Under the pieces are notes generated by a model. The model saw only the letters and a list, made by a program, of their open reading frames with translations, was not told the origin of the DNA and made no database searches. The position numbers and the translations under genes were made by a program. Shown here in pieces: positions 26,840 to 39,953 of a DNA stretch of 64,000 nt (the first letter of the stretch is position 1; every line of letters begins with the position of its first letter). The DNA comes from Eledone cirrhosa (lineage: Eukaryota). The DNA lies in contig OZ024740.1 in NCBI GenBank assembly GCA_964016885.1, positions 63,364,001 to 63,428,000 on the forward strand, in the 5' to 3' direction.

Positions 26840-28260
26840 CAACACTTGCAGGCATGATACTGGCACTCCCAACAAAGTAAGTGCTGCTCTAAAGAACTCC
26901 AAAGCCCCTAGAATCTGCACTATCACTGCAATGTTGAAGGTGAGCAGAGATAACACAATCCAGTAGCTTGCCCACATCATCAAGCATGTATGGGTGCCAG
27001 CGGCTCCCAAATGGCTGAACATGGGGCATCATCCTGCCCCCCCTGGAAATGGAAGTGGCGCAGGATGATGCAGCAACCATAGGGGCATCACACTCCTCTC
27101 CATCTCAAACAAGCTCTTCACCAAGATCCTCCTCAGTCATGCTCATCCTGCCATTAGAAGCAGACATTGCCCACAAGCCAAATCGATTTACAACCGGCCA
27201 CATTTCTGCTTTTTATCTTGTTATTAAAAGATTGCAGGAGTTCTGCAAAGATCACCATCTCTACATTGCCTTCATCTATCTCAAGGCAGCTTTCGATGTT
27301 AAGCTCATTGGTGCATCTCCCAAGATCACCACTCTGTTCCAACAGCTCTATAGCAGTGCTAAGAGCTACATGCAGGTGAATGGGGAAGGATCTAACTGGT
27401 TCCTCATCAACAGTGGGGTTAGACAGGATTACATGGCTGCCCCCGATGTCTTCAACTATGTCATTGACTATCTGATGACAAAGGTCTGTGAGCGAGTTTC
27501 TGGCATTACCTTCAGGAACTACCATCTTGCTGACCTGGCGTACGTAGACAACACCACCCTATTCAACAACTTGATCAATCAGCTCAGGGGTGCATTGGCC
27601 ACATACCTTTATGAATCAGCAAAGCTTGGCCTTCAGTTGAGCTGGGCAAAGACCAGGCTGATGTATGTCAGTGATGGACCGGATCCTCTCCCACATGGTT
27701 TTTTTGGCTCTGACTTAGAGTTGTAAGCTCCACAGTCACCAACAATGGAGACCTGACTTCAGAGATCAACTGCAGATATGATCTAGTCGCTGAGGTCATG
27801 CACTCCGTGGAAGCCCCTTTAGTGCCACTGCTTTATCGCTGGAAGACAATGTTCCATATCTACAATGCATTGGTTCTCGCCAATCTCCTCTATGGAGCAG
27901 AAATGTGGCCCCTCATGAAGAAGATCGACAGCTTTGATAGCAGAGCCCTGAGGACCATCTAAAACATTAGGATACCACCATGTTTCCAACAAAGAGCTGC
28001 GTGAATGCATCAACCCACAGCTTCCTACCTCATAGCCATCCACCACAGTTGCTGGTACAGACATGTCCTCTGCCTCCTGCCAGATCATCCTACCAGAGCC
28101 TTGCTCACGTTTCACACAGCAGCTGCAGGCTGAAGAGGCCCTGCACCAGAAGGCTGGATGTGATTAACAAAGATCTCCAGAAGCTCGATGTCACTTTGGA
28201 GGTTGCAGAGGGTCTTGCACAGGACTGCCAGTGATGTAGGGTGTTGATGGATCTGGTTGG
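26840..28260 (+). mobile_element. Degenerate RTE-type LINE RT region
   Basis: ORF 27049-27726 has YIAFIYLKAAFD, SGVRQ and LADLAYVD (degenerate YADD); LLYGAEMW follows downstream. Confidence 0.7.
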
Positions 28261-29008
28261 CTCTATGTATGATAACGCCTCTGGATGGCTCGATGCATGA
28301 TGATGCCTCTAGATGGCTCTATGCATGATGACACCTCTGACCTAGGATGACCCATCCCATCGAATAAGAGCAAAGAAGATATTTCAAGCAATCCTGTTAG
28401 ATACACCTGCTTCTCATTCTAGTGTTAGTGTCATGATAAAGTTCACTCAGTACTCCTTGTAAAATGGCTGACAAATGAACTGAGACAACATAGAGTAGTG
28501 AAGGTCCTTTGGTTTTGGTAAAAACGTAACAACCTTTCTAGTGTTGGTATTACAATAAAATACACAAATGGTTGGCGTTAGGAAGGGCACTCATCTGCAG
28601 AAACTCTGCAAAATTATGGATTATGAGTAAGATATGGTTCTCCAACTCATCTAGTCTCAGACTGTTATGACTCGTCCAACCTATGCTAGCATGGAAAACA
28701 GGCATATGATGATGATACTGTCATTGAGTTAGCTCCCTTACAAAAACTTTGTAAAAGCAAATCAATGTTACTAACATTGATTTGTTAGACATTTTGATAA
28801 CATTCTTTTCCAGCTAATCATCTTTGTCATTTAGCTGCTGATTCTCTCAAATTAAACCAAACTACTTTATTTCAAGCTGTTTTGTCCTAATTTTCGTTTT
28901 CATCTTAGGTGCAGAAGTTTACCTAGTACCTTGTGAATGGAATTTGCTTGATGAAAACTGTATAGACATTCTCACATATACAGACACATGCGCGCATGCA
29001 CACACACA

Positions 29009-29086
29009 CAGGGTGTCCCAAAAATGTATACACACTTTTATTAGAATGCTGTTGAAATGTCTATGCATCTTTTGGGGACACCCTGT
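29009..29086. mobile_element. Tiny Tc1/mariner-type MITE
   Basis: TIRs cagggtgtcccaaaaa and tttttggggacaccctg, followed by TA. Confidence 0.6.
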
Positions 29087-29394
29087 ATATGTGAAAGGCT
29101 TCATACAGTTTCCATCTACCAATTTGACTCAAGATATAGGTCAGCCCGAGGCTGTAGTAGAAGGCACTTGCCTAAAGTACCATGCAGTGGGCTATCACAT
29201 GAAACCATGTGATTGTGAAGTGATTTCATCTCAATCATTATCATACATCTGCTTTCTATACTGACATGGGCTGAGATTATATATATAGTGCTAGGGATGA
29301 CTGGGTGTGTCTGTTTATGTTGTCTCCTTTTATGTCCTATAACTTCATTGTTCGACAAATAAAGATTGATAAAATAAGTACCAGACTGTATTAA

Positions 29395-29635
29395 CCCTTT
29401 AGGATTTAAACCAGCCATATCTGGCCAAAATTCTCTCACCCCTTTCTGTTCAAACCAGCCAGGATTCTCTCACCTCTTTCTGTTTAAACCAGCCATAACT
29501 TGCTACTCATACTGATGTTAAGGTATTGTTCTCAAAATAAATATCAAAATCTCATAGATTATATATTATGTGAGATAAAGCCTTTACCATGAAAATACAA
29601 TAGTAAATGAAAATACAAATGTAAATGCCAAAGGG
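29395..29635. mobile_element. piggyBac-type MITE
   Basis: TTAA|CCCTTT ... AAAGGG|TTAA ends. Related copies lie near 10045-10170, 47390-47590 and 57085-57297. Confidence 0.65.
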
Positions 29636-30214
29636 TTAAGTAATTAATATGATCACTAAACCCTTTGCCCCAGCGCACCCATATTCCAATGGCTAAAAGC
29701 AATAAAAGAATCCACTTGACAGCTACAATGTTATCTTCATTGATATTGTATTCATTCTTTCTATCACATGATATCATTACCAACTTTCTTCTCAGCAGTG
29801 AATTCAAACACCAGCCAACAAGGAAGCCTTTACATAGCTTGTTGACTTGCTAGAAATAACAACCAATCATAAGATGGGATAGTCATTGTTGGAGTCCGTT
29901 TTATCATGTCTTGTTTGATCAGGTTTCATCATAAGATTCCTTTGTTTGACAAAGACTGAAATTTTCTAGCCTTGCTGTTTACAGCCTCAACTCTCTTATC
30001 ACAACACACCATTGCTTATCATATGAGTAATATTAATTAGTTCACATAGATGACATAACCTATCAATTATTTTAAAAGGCTTCTCATGTGAATATTTAGT
30101 CTTCAGTCCAAGGATTAAATATTATTTTATACTTTTTTTTAAATTGTTGTTTTTTTTTGCATTGGTACAGTATTCCCCAAAAGATTGTTGACAGGAATTG
30201 TTGCTTCCTTGTCA

Positions 30215-30590
30215 ATATGATGGTGGTTGTAAAGGTGGCAGTAATGGTAGTTGTAGTGATTGTGGTTGTTGTAGTAATGGTGGAGGGTGGTGGTGGTGGT
30301 TGTAGTGGTTATGGTAGTTGTGATAGTTGTGATGGTGGGGCTTGTAGTGGTTATGGTAGTTGTGATGGTGGTGGTAGTGGTAGTGATTGTAATGGTGGTG
30401 GTTGTAGTGGTTATGGTGGGGATTGTGGTGGTGGTTGTAGTGGTTATGGTAGTTGTGATGATGGGGATTGTGGTGGTGGTGGTTGTAGTGGTTATGGTAG
30501 TTGTGATGGTGGGGATTGTGGTGGTGGTGGTTGTAGTGGTTATGGTAGTTGTAGGCATTGTCATTGTCATCATTGTGATTTCAGTTGAAG
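30215..30590. repeat. GT-rich compound minisatellite (ggtggttgtagtggttatggtagttgtgat units)
   Basis: Repeated trinucleotide-based units that produce poly-Thr, poly-Val and Gly/Cys ORF artefacts. Confidence 0.85.
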
Positions 30591-30689
30591 ATTCAAATAT
30601 TCACATTGTATTGAAATTCTTATAAAACTTAGAAATAACACAGGCCTACAACATTTTTTAAAATTCTGTTTTGGAACTCAATTATCACT

Positions 30690-31620
30690 TTCATTGTGCA
30701 TTTTTGGTGTACTGAACTTGAAAACGACAAAATAATTTAGGGTTTAGGACCAAGTTTTTAGATATTTGAGATTTTTTTAAGTGATGACGACACATCGTGT
30801 TGATTGTGCAGTGGTTCTTAGTCCACTTCTTGTATTGAAGTTCAGGGACATCTCTTGTAACTGACCAACAGAAATCTACTAACATATTTGGGCTCCATTT
30901 ACCCTGATGGCATTTTTCCATAGCTGCAGTATCTTGTTGAAAGCACTGTCTGTGTTCGTCGCTCACTGCACCACAATTTGATAGGAAGAAAGCCAAGTAT
31001 GAATGAAGTAAGTGTATCTTCAAGGACATATTACAGCCCACTTGCTGGTAGAAAAGCAATAGATTTTACACCAATGCCTGGTAATTTTTCTGCTCTGTGA
31101 TTTCCTAGAAAATTCTGTAACACCAGTTGAAAATTGTTCCAAGCTACCATTTCTTTTTCTGAAAGAATTCTGTCAAATTCTTTGTCCTTTAATATTTCGC
31201 GAATTTGGGGATCGACAAACATGCCCTCATGAATTTTCGCTTCACTTAAATTTGGAAATTTCCTTCCAAGATATTGAAAAGGCTTTCCTGTCTTATCTCA
31301 AGATTTTATTAAATTTTTATCCACTATAGTTTGATGTGCAATAGTGGCAGTAAAATTTTCTCACTATCTACAAGTGGCAGATTGTTAACACTTTTTACCC
31401 AAGCTTCTAGTGACTTCCAGCGTGATCAATCTTTTCTAATCTGCCACTGGTATTTATTGTAATTTATACAAATCAGAAGTCCCCTCAAGTTCTCATTTAT
31501 TTCCTTCATATCAACAAGTCCAACTGGAATTGATGGTAGCTTATTGCTACTCCTTTAAGGCCAACTTTGGATGAGTCAATGAATAATTTCCACTGTTCTG
31601 GTTGGTGGTAAATACATATC
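30690..31620 (-). mobile_element. DNA transposase remnant, probably Chapaev3 (CMC) type
   Basis: Motifs PLVDSEKILLPLLHIKL, MFVDPQIR and GCNMSLKIHLLHS..GAVSDEH..FQQD..WSPNMLVDFCW. The family assignment is from memory of these motifs. Confidence 0.6.
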
Positions 31621-33728
31621 TTTCCTGGGTACCCAAGACCGATAAGCAGTGAGGAAAGTCTCCTTATATCAGAGACTTTGCCAAAATTATTGCACAGTTG
31701 ACTTCAATAAGGGCACCCAAGACCCAAATTGTGGTGTTAAACCAGATGACAGATCAAGTCTACCACACAAGTAGGCTACAACAGTGGAATTTGAATTCAG
31801 AATGCTAGGCATTTTATCCCATGACATCCGGTCACGTTTTGTATGCATGAGGGTATAGTCAAATGAAACTACACAAGCATGACTAATGCGTAAACTTTAA
31901 AGTTGGCTCAGTCTCCGCTACCAACCTTACCCCCATTGATCGAAACTGCTACAGGAACGACAAAAGTCGCTCAATGTTCCATAAGGAATAAAAAAGATTC
32001 TTTTGTTTAGTAGTTAATTTTTATTATTTTTTTTATTTTTTACTGGTTTGAGTCATTAAACTGTTGCCATGCTGGGGCACTGCCTCGAAGAAATTTAGTC
32101 GATCATATTTCTAAAATGTGGTACTTATTTTATCGACACCGTTTTTTGTCTAACCACTAGATTACGAGACATTAAATGAAATTGACACATATATAACCAT
32201 CATCATCACCATCGTCATTTTTACGTCTGTTTCTCCATACTCGCATATATATGTTTACATTTACTGTTTGTTTATGTCCCACGAATGACTTCAGCGCAGT
32301 TTCTGTCTACCAAATTGAATCCATATGCATTGGTTGATCCAATGCTCTAGTTGAAGACACATGCCCAAACTGCCAGGTGATGGAACTGAACCCGAACGCA
32401 CGTGGTTGCGAAGCCTATAGAGAAATTTTTGTAATAAAATCTTTCTCTTTGGTTAACCACCCTTCTGTTTACATTTAATAGTTTATTTCCGCCTATGACT
32501 ATTTCGACTTGACTTATACTGAATTATCTCCCTTATTCTGTGTAATGGTTTCATTATTCAAATGAGTTCTTCTTCTTTATTACTGTTCTCCATCGGTTTT
32601 TTTTTTCTTGATAAGAAGGTTGGCTTTTGAACATTTACATACTGCTATTTACAAACCTTTTCGATGGGCTTTATAACTTTACAACCGAATATACTTCTAT
32701 AATGTTTATTGTTGTTTGAGATTCGTACGAACACTCCCGTTATACGAGACCTGTACGAATACCACTCCTCCATCTCGCTTTAAACTTTAGTCTCCTTTTC
32801 ACTTTCACAGACTGTCAACACAATCTTTCTGACTTGATTCACGCGAATGACAACCAATTCTAGTTATTGTCAATCCTGAAAAATAGCAGAAAGATGATTT
32901 GGGTATCATTGACAGAACTCCTTTGAAGAAAATGAAAATATCTCGTTCGAGCTCCTGTAGCGGAGCAACTATAAAATGAATTGGTGAATCAGACAAAATA
33001 TTTTCATTTTTTTCAATAATACTCAAAGATTTTGTCGAATGCCACCGTATAAATGGTTGCGGAAATATTTGAGATGATTTGATTAGTGGGATAGTCACGA
33101 GTGAATAAGTAGCAAATTTAGTATAAATTAAGGATGTGATAACTGATAAATATTTCATTTAAATATCTCGAAAACTGGCTGTATCAATTTAACGAACTCA
33201 GTATCGGTAGAGCGTCAGACACCATGCCTTGCAGCATAGAGTTATGGCCCTTTACGTTCTGAGTTCAAATCCGCCGAGATTAACTTTGCCTTTCATCCTT
33301 ACGGGGTCGATAAAATAAAGCACCAGTAATGCACTGAGGTAATTGCTGGCCTTGTGCCAAAAGTAGAAACAATATATATATTTTTTAATGCTAAATTATT
33401 AATAACAATGTACCGTATTTGCCGGTCTATTGGACACCCCTTCGCCTAAGACGCTCTCTCTTTTTTTAAATTACACTTTACGTTATATTTTGACGTTTAT
33501 AGGCAAGTTTTCTATGGGCAGAAAACCTGCCAGATACAGTCCTATACGAGCGAGACACGGTCACCCGATCAATCTTGCCTCAAGTGGGACAATTCCCGTC
33601 TAACACATGCTAGCGTGGAAGATAGACGTTAAACGATGATGATGATTTATGAACGATCTCCAATATTTGCAGTTTTTCACTGTTCGCGGGTGCTCTAGGA
33701 ATGTAACCCCTGCAAATACCGAGAACAA

Positions 33729-33789
<61 letters not shown>

Positions 33790-33791
<2 letters not shown>

Positions 33792-34037
33792 ATAAATAAG
33801 AGAGACGTTTTTATTCGTTATGCATATTTCGAAGATGTAAGGTAGTTATATAATGACTGCCTTACGCGTTCTCTTCAGACAAACATGCATGTGTATTGGT
33901 CGGTGATAACACGTCCGACTGGTAACATATCAATGGAATTTTACATCTCGTTTGTATGTTTGTCTGAGAGTTAATATCTAACTACCTTACATCTTCGAAA
34001 TATGTATAACGAATAAAACAGTCTCTCTTATTTATTG
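33790..34037. mobile_element. MITE with TIRs of about 70 bp
   Basis: aataaataagagagac..ttcgaagatgtaaggtagtta versus taactaccttacatcttcgaa..gtctctcttatttatt. Confidence 0.7.
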
Positions 34038-34159
34038 TAATAAAACTCCAGTTGAATGAAAATCGTGGAGTGCTTCATGTTTGTTAAAGAATAAGTTGGC
34101 AGATTTTGAATCAACCAACTTTCTTTAATTGAATAAATATGTGTGTATATATATGTGAA

Positions 34160-34800
34160 CAGATGAAGGACCCGGTGAAGGAATCCCATGGAGAGACCAG
34201 TCGAGGCTGAGGGATGTGGCATTCGCCGACGATCTCGCTTTGATCACTGAAGACAGTGCAGATCTGTAAGCTCTAACAACATCCCTGCAAGAGAGTGCAG
34301 AAAAGATCGGCCTGAGAATCAACACCAAAAAGACCAAGGTGATGAGAACAGCCAACACAGGTCCAGCAATCAGTCAACCAACAAGGCCTGGAAGAAGTCA
34401 ATCACTTCACCTGTCTGGGCAGCATCCTGGCAAGCAATCGAAGAGCACAGCAAAGATAGAGACAGCTCAATGGTTTCCACCAGTGGTGCCAGTAAATAAT
34501 CCTTTGTGTATCCTGGCGCAACCGAGTGTGTAACTAGGAAATCTTGCATAGAGCCGAGTCATGGAGCGCCGGTATCGCCTGGCTGGCCATATTCTGCGCC
34601 TGCCCAACAAACAACACTTGGAAACAGCGATGAACTGGACTCCACCTGGCAGCAAACGGAGGCGGGGTAGCCCCAGGATCACCTGGAGATGAACATTCCA
34701 AAAAGACCTGATGACAGCCAACATTACTTGGCACGGACAGGAAAAAGCCGCTGCTGATCATGACTGTTAGCAACTACTTACTGCTCGATACGCTGAACAG
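34160..34800 (+). mobile_element. Degenerate RTE-like LINE 3' fragment
   Basis: Motifs FADDLAL, GLRINTKKTKVM, LAGHILR and KRRRGSPRITW. Confidence 0.65.
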
Positions 34801-34896
34801 CATTGAAGAACATAAGACTAAGATATATATATGTTGTTATACTTTGGGAGGGTCTTGCTGCCAACAAAAACACACGCACCTGTTAGTTTTCACTTC

Positions 34897-35759
34897 AATA
34901 AGGTATTTTGGAATGCGGGCCGCCAATAGACCTAAAAACTGCATACCTGGACAATATGTAAAGAGAATAAACCGAATACTCTGATGGCTGGATAATCTTT
35001 AGGATTTTCCTCGATGAAGCAGGAAAATGAATTTTTTTTATGTGCATAATATGCCTCGAAATTTCGGGAAAAATCGGCTAGATGTAACGCCCTAAGAAGC
35101 TGAAAAAAATGAAGCCCTAAGAAGCTGAAAAAAAATGAAGTTTTTCGCCTAATGCGGGCCCTAGGCCATAAGAAAGTTGGATTTTCTTTGCTTACAGTAT
35201 GAAGAAGAGACTGACTAATACATAGTTACAATTTCAAGGAAATCAGTCTGACGTAACACCTCAAAAAACCCCTAAAAATGTTAAACAACGCAGTTTTTCA
35301 TCTAATGCGGGCCCTAGGAGATCAAAAAGTTGAATTTTTTTATTTTTATGTGCATAACACTCCCTGAAACATAAGTAATACACATGTAAAATTTGAAAAA
35401 AATCGGTTGGGTACTTCTCGAGTTTTAGGGATTCAAACTCACACACACACACAGACATCCTCAAGGAAGTGACATAATGCAGACATCAGACATACAGACA
35501 GATATTATAAGGGCACAACGTTATAAGTATGTATCTATCTAAAAAGAGAAAGACTAAGAATTATAGAGCGAGATCACTAAATCGCCTAATGTGGACCCTG
35601 GGGCATGGAAAATTTAAAATTTTTTTTGCTCAGAACACTCCCTGAAATAAGTATTACATGTGTAAAGTTTGAAAACAGTCGGTTGGGTGCTTCTCGAATT
35701 TTAGGGATTCGAACTCACACACACACACAGACAGACATCCTCAATTTTATATATAGAGA
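34897..35759 (-). mobile_element. Helitron-like element(s), minus strand
   Basis: Reverse complement of about 11200-11745. The minus strand begins tctctatatataaaattgaggatgtctgtc. Confidence 0.65.
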
Positions 35760-35789
35760 TTTCCAGTTGGTTGGTTTAAAAACCGGATG

Positions 35790-37313
35790 GTTGTTTATTT
35801 ATTGTCAAAGATTTTCATCACACATTCTGTAACCTCAGTGACTAATTTATTTTGTCTCTCCTTTGTTCTGTCGTACACTATCTTGTTTTTGTGTGTTGTG
35901 TCAGAAGCTTTCATACTGTTGGGAAAAAAGTTGGGGAACAGATGATAGTCTGAAAGGGCCAAATCTGCCAAATAATGGAGGCACATGGATTAGTGGTTAG
36001 AGCATTGGCCTTGCAATCGAAAGGTTGTGAGTTCAATTCTCAGACCGGGTGATGTGTTGTTTCCTTGAGCAAGACACTTTATTTCACATTGCTCCAGTTT
36101 ACTCAGCTGTAGAAATGAGATGATAGGGACTGGGGTCCCTATCATTCCACTGCAAAGTGGTCGTGGAGGTGCCACGGCAAAAAAGCACCCAGCACTCACT
36201 GTAAATGAGGTTGGTGTTAGGAAGGGCATCCAGCTGTAGAAATCAATCCAGAATTAGTTCCCGCCCCACCCGTGCAAGCAGGGGAAAAGCGGACGTAAAA
36301 TGAAATGATGATGAAATGAAGGAGAGCGATTAACCAGTTCAAAACGACAGTCACACACAGCAGCGATTGAAACCAAAGACTTGTGTGCTGGAGCATTGTC
36401 CTAATGAAACAAAACCCCTTTTGTCAGTTTTCCTTGGCATTTGGTCTTGATAGCCTTTCATAGCTGCCTCAGCAAGTTGGCATAGTACTCTCTATTGATG
36501 GTGTGGCCCTTTTGAAGATAGTCAATAAACACAATACCTTTTGCATCCACAAAACCCGAGGGCATCACCTTTCCTGTAGATGAAATGACCTTGGCATTCT
36601 TTGGAGCAGGTGAGGAGGACTGTTTCCACTGCATGGATTGTCTCTTTATCCCTAGCTCAAAGTGATAAACCCAACACTCATCCTGGGTTAGGAAACATTC
36701 AAGGAAACCAGCTGGAATTGCCTCAGACAATGTCAGATTTTCTCATTATGTTGTCTGCCTGGTGTGCTTTTGAACAAGTGTCAGAAGATGTGGTTCTCAC
36801 TGAGTAGAAACCATCGTCATGCCAAGATCATTGCTGAATATTCTGAACTCTCACGGGATATGCTAATAGGGTTGGCTATTTGATTTATAGTGAAACGCCT
36901 GTCATCCATCACCATATGGTGATTACAAACAATGTTTTCCTCTGTGGTAGCAGTTGCAGGACGTCCAGACCATGGGTCACCTTCAAGACTTTTCCTTTCC
37001 TTTCTAAATTCAACTGCCCATTTTTGCATCATCTCCTAATGTAGCAATCATGACAGTATGAATGTCCTTGGATTGGAGGTTAAACCCTTTTTCTGCAGGT
37101 ACTTGATAACACCACAATGCCAAATTTTGTTCATTATCAAGAGAAGTCACTACTAGTTACTTTTGAAGTCTTCTTTGAACAGTCAGATGACAGTTTACCT
37201 CGACAGAAACAATACAGTTATTAATAAGAAGAGTTGAAATTACTGCATGCAAGATTTCACAACCCTAGAATCATTCCTTCATAGTCAGCCAATGAACTTT
37301 TCAGCCCTCCCTC

Positions 37314-37316
<3 letters not shown>
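35790..37316 (-). mobile_element. Mariner transposon remnant interrupted by a SINE
   Basis: TIR-like tacgagggagggctgaaaagtt at about 37316. Motifs LEGDPWSGRP, FLTQDECWVYHFE..KRQSMQW, GIVFIDYL and YLADLALSDYHLFP (YSPDLAPSD-like). Confidence 0.8.
35976..36320 (+). mobile_element. tRNA-derived SINE family B with an RTE-derived 3' end
   Basis: A tRNA-like head (tagtggttagagc..gagttcaattc), a central ccttgagcaagacact domain, a 3' part matching the RTE 3'UTR, and an (ATG)n tail. Other copies lie at 46960-47330(-), 51184-51525(+) and 54490-54747(+). Confidence 0.85.
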
Positions 37317-37347
<31 letters not shown>

Positions 37348-37532
37348 TCGTTCAAACTTGCATTTATATATTCCTTGCGGTCTAAAGATATTAACTGCAG
37401 CTTTTATTTTTCAATTTTCTGTTGTTAAAGGGGTGTTAGGCACCGGTTATCGATCTCCGTCAAACCCTTATAATATCTGTCTGTATGTCTGCATAACGAC
37501 ATTCTGACAAACACGTCATTGCTGACGTATTA

Positions 37533-38625
37533 TCATCATCATCATCATCATCATCATCACCGTTTTACGTCCGTTCTTCCACGCTAGCATGGGTTAGACG
37601 GGTTGTCCTGTTGTGGGCAGTGTCTGGTCGGCTGACCATGCCTTGCTCATACAGGAACTGATCTGGCTTGATTTCTACAGCTGGATGCCCTTCCTAACAC
37701 CAACCTCATTTACAGTGAGTGCTGGGTGCTTTTTCGTGGCGCCTACACGTCCACTTTACAGTGTGGGCTGGGTGCTTTTTTGCCATGGCACCTCCACGAC
37801 CACCTTGCGGTGGGGGGAGTGGGGGCATATTGTTTATATGCTTCAGCATGTACCCATGGGAGGTCGGGTACCCTGTATTACTGCGTGACGCCAGAAGTCA
37901 CGGTCGTGTGTCATTGTCTTTGAGAGGTGTAGTTGGGTAAGGTCGGCTTTTATCACCTCATCCCAAGTCATCTTGGGTCTCCCCACTCCGCGGTTTCCAT
38001 CAACTTCTAGTGCTCTGCACCTTTTTATGCAGCTGTCATCCTTCATACGCATCACATGTCCATACCAGCGTGACCGCCTCTCCTGCACGCAGCATTTGAT
38101 TCCTCTTATGCTCAGTCTCTCTCTCAATTCCTTTATGCTTTGTCGTTCACGTATATTACTGTTACACATCCATCGGAGCATGCAGGCTTCGTTTCTCTCT
38201 AATCTACGTAAGTCTTCCACCTTCAGCGCCCAGGTCTCACTACCATGCAACATCGCTGTTCGGATACACGCATCATACAGTCTGCCTTTCATTCTGAGGG
38301 AGAAGCCTTTTGCAGCTAGCAGTGGTAGTAGTTCCCTAAACTTCTTCCATCCCGTTCTTACCCTAGTTATTGTACTTTCTGAGCACCCACCTCCGTTGCT
38401 AATTCGGTCACCTAGGTAGCAGAAGCTGTCTACTGTTTCTACAGGGCCCTCCCAGAGATTGGTGGTACTTGTTTCCTGTGGCTGTTTGCTTGCTGTTTCA
38501 GCACAGCTGCTGCATGTGAATCCTACATTCTTAATTAAGCTTCCTGAGATCCCGCTACATCTCTTGTGTACCCATTGTTTGCATTTGGGGCAGAGAATGG
38601 AGTTCCTACCTACACCTTTCTTCAC
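37533..38625 (-). mobile_element. 5'-truncated RTE LINE copy, near-identical to about 61715-62790
   Basis: Its ORF translation matches the C-terminus of 61139-62494 almost residue for residue. A (CAT)n tail lies at 37533-37560. Confidence 0.92.
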
Positions 38626-38804
38626 TACATTCACACACACACATATATATACATATAGATGATGATATATACACATATATACATATACGCACACATATAT
38701 ACACATATACATATATATATATAGATATATAAAAAAACATATACACATATATAGATATACATATATACACATATATAAATATACACATAGCATATAGCAT
38801 AAAT

Positions 38805-39470
38805 GAACTAAGTGAGAAATTAGGAATAAGATGGATCAGATGCTGTTTACTTGAGAGAAGACTACGTTGGTATGGCCACGCGATGCGCATGAAAGACGAT
38901 AGCTGTATAAAAAAGTGCAGGGCGATCAAAATCGACGGTAGTTACGGAGTAGGTAGACCTAGAAAAACCTGGGACGATCTGATAAATTCCGACCTTACAC
39001 ACTTGCACCTCTCTAAGACAATGTCACTGGACCGAGATCTTTCGCGCCATGCAGTAATACAGAAGACCCGCCTTGCCTATCTACAAAGCGAAACCTACAG
39101 TCAGTAGGCACCTCTTAACCAAATATACACCCCAATCCACTACCCCTACCCTAACACCTCTCTCTGTAAAGTTGGTACCACAACATCCAGTCCAAATAAA
39201 TGAGATCGAGATTGTGTAGGTGTCACGAGAAAAAAAACACACAGTCCACGCTGTAATGTGGCCGTGTAGGTAACATGGTAAAAAGTTCCCAGTTCCACAC
39301 TGTAAATGTGGTTGGTGTTAGGAAGGGCATCCAGCCATAGAAAAGCTGCCAGATAGTCCTATATGAGCGAGACACGGTCACCAGACCAACCTTGCCTCAA
39401 GTGGGACAACTACCCTCTAACCCATGCTAGCATGGAAAATGGACGTTAAACGAAGATGATGATGATGATA
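38805..39470 (+). mobile_element. Related RTE subfamily 3' fragment
   Basis: MRMKDDSCIKKCRA..GRPRKTWD, followed by the shared 3'UTR (ttggtgttaggaagggcatccagc) and a (GAT)n tail. Confidence 0.8.
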
Positions 39471-39505
39471 CACATAAAAATATATGTATATACACACACA
39501 CACAC

Positions 39506-39549
<44 letters not shown>

Positions 39550-39668
39550 TATTTACGTATCGAGAGAGAGAAAAAAAGGGGAGGATAGGTGATACATATA
39601 GTTATTTGCCAAGTAGCGTATGCCAAAGGTGCTCGATACTAGTGCCGGCAGTATTAAATATTCGAATT

Positions 39669-39953
39669 AAATTTATAATGGTATTAGAATGAAATAGTAT
39701 GGTAGAATATTAAATGTTAAATGCTAAGTGTTAATTGAACAAGTACTTTCATGCTTTCGCAATCTTCAGGTTCATAATGTGTGGTGACAGTCAAGTTTGC
39801 AATTTTCAACAGTTGAAAATTGCAAACTTGACTGTCACCACACATTATGAACCTGAAGATTGCGAAAGCATGAAAGTACTTGTTCAATTAACACTTAGCA
39901 TTTAACATTTAATATTCTACCATACTATTTCATTCTAATACCATTATAAATTT
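39669..39953. repeat. Perfect palindrome with 142-bp arms and a 1-nt spacer at 39811
   Basis: Centre ..gcaattttcaac-a-gttgaaaattgc.. The arms match out to aaatttataatgg / ccattataaattt. Confidence 0.95.
39848..39886 (+). ncRNA. Minimal type I hammerhead ribozyme (Penelope-type); mirror copy on the minus strand at 39736-39774
   Basis: Stem I ugaac/guuca, CUGAAGA, stem II ugc-GAAA-gca, GAAA, a palindromic mini stem III AAGUACUU, and cleavage triplet CUU ending at 39881. Confidence 0.65.

Noticed and set aside
30139-30625. Gly/Cys-rich, poly-Thr and poly-Val ORFs resembling keratin-associated or mucin proteins
   Set aside because: They are open in several frames on both strands because of a trinucleotide-based minisatellite, and they have no supporting splice or start context.
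35976-36050. tRNA-like sequence (tagtggttagagc..gagttcaattc)
   Set aside because: It is the head of a multi-copy SINE with no proper acceptor stem, so it is not called a tRNA gene.
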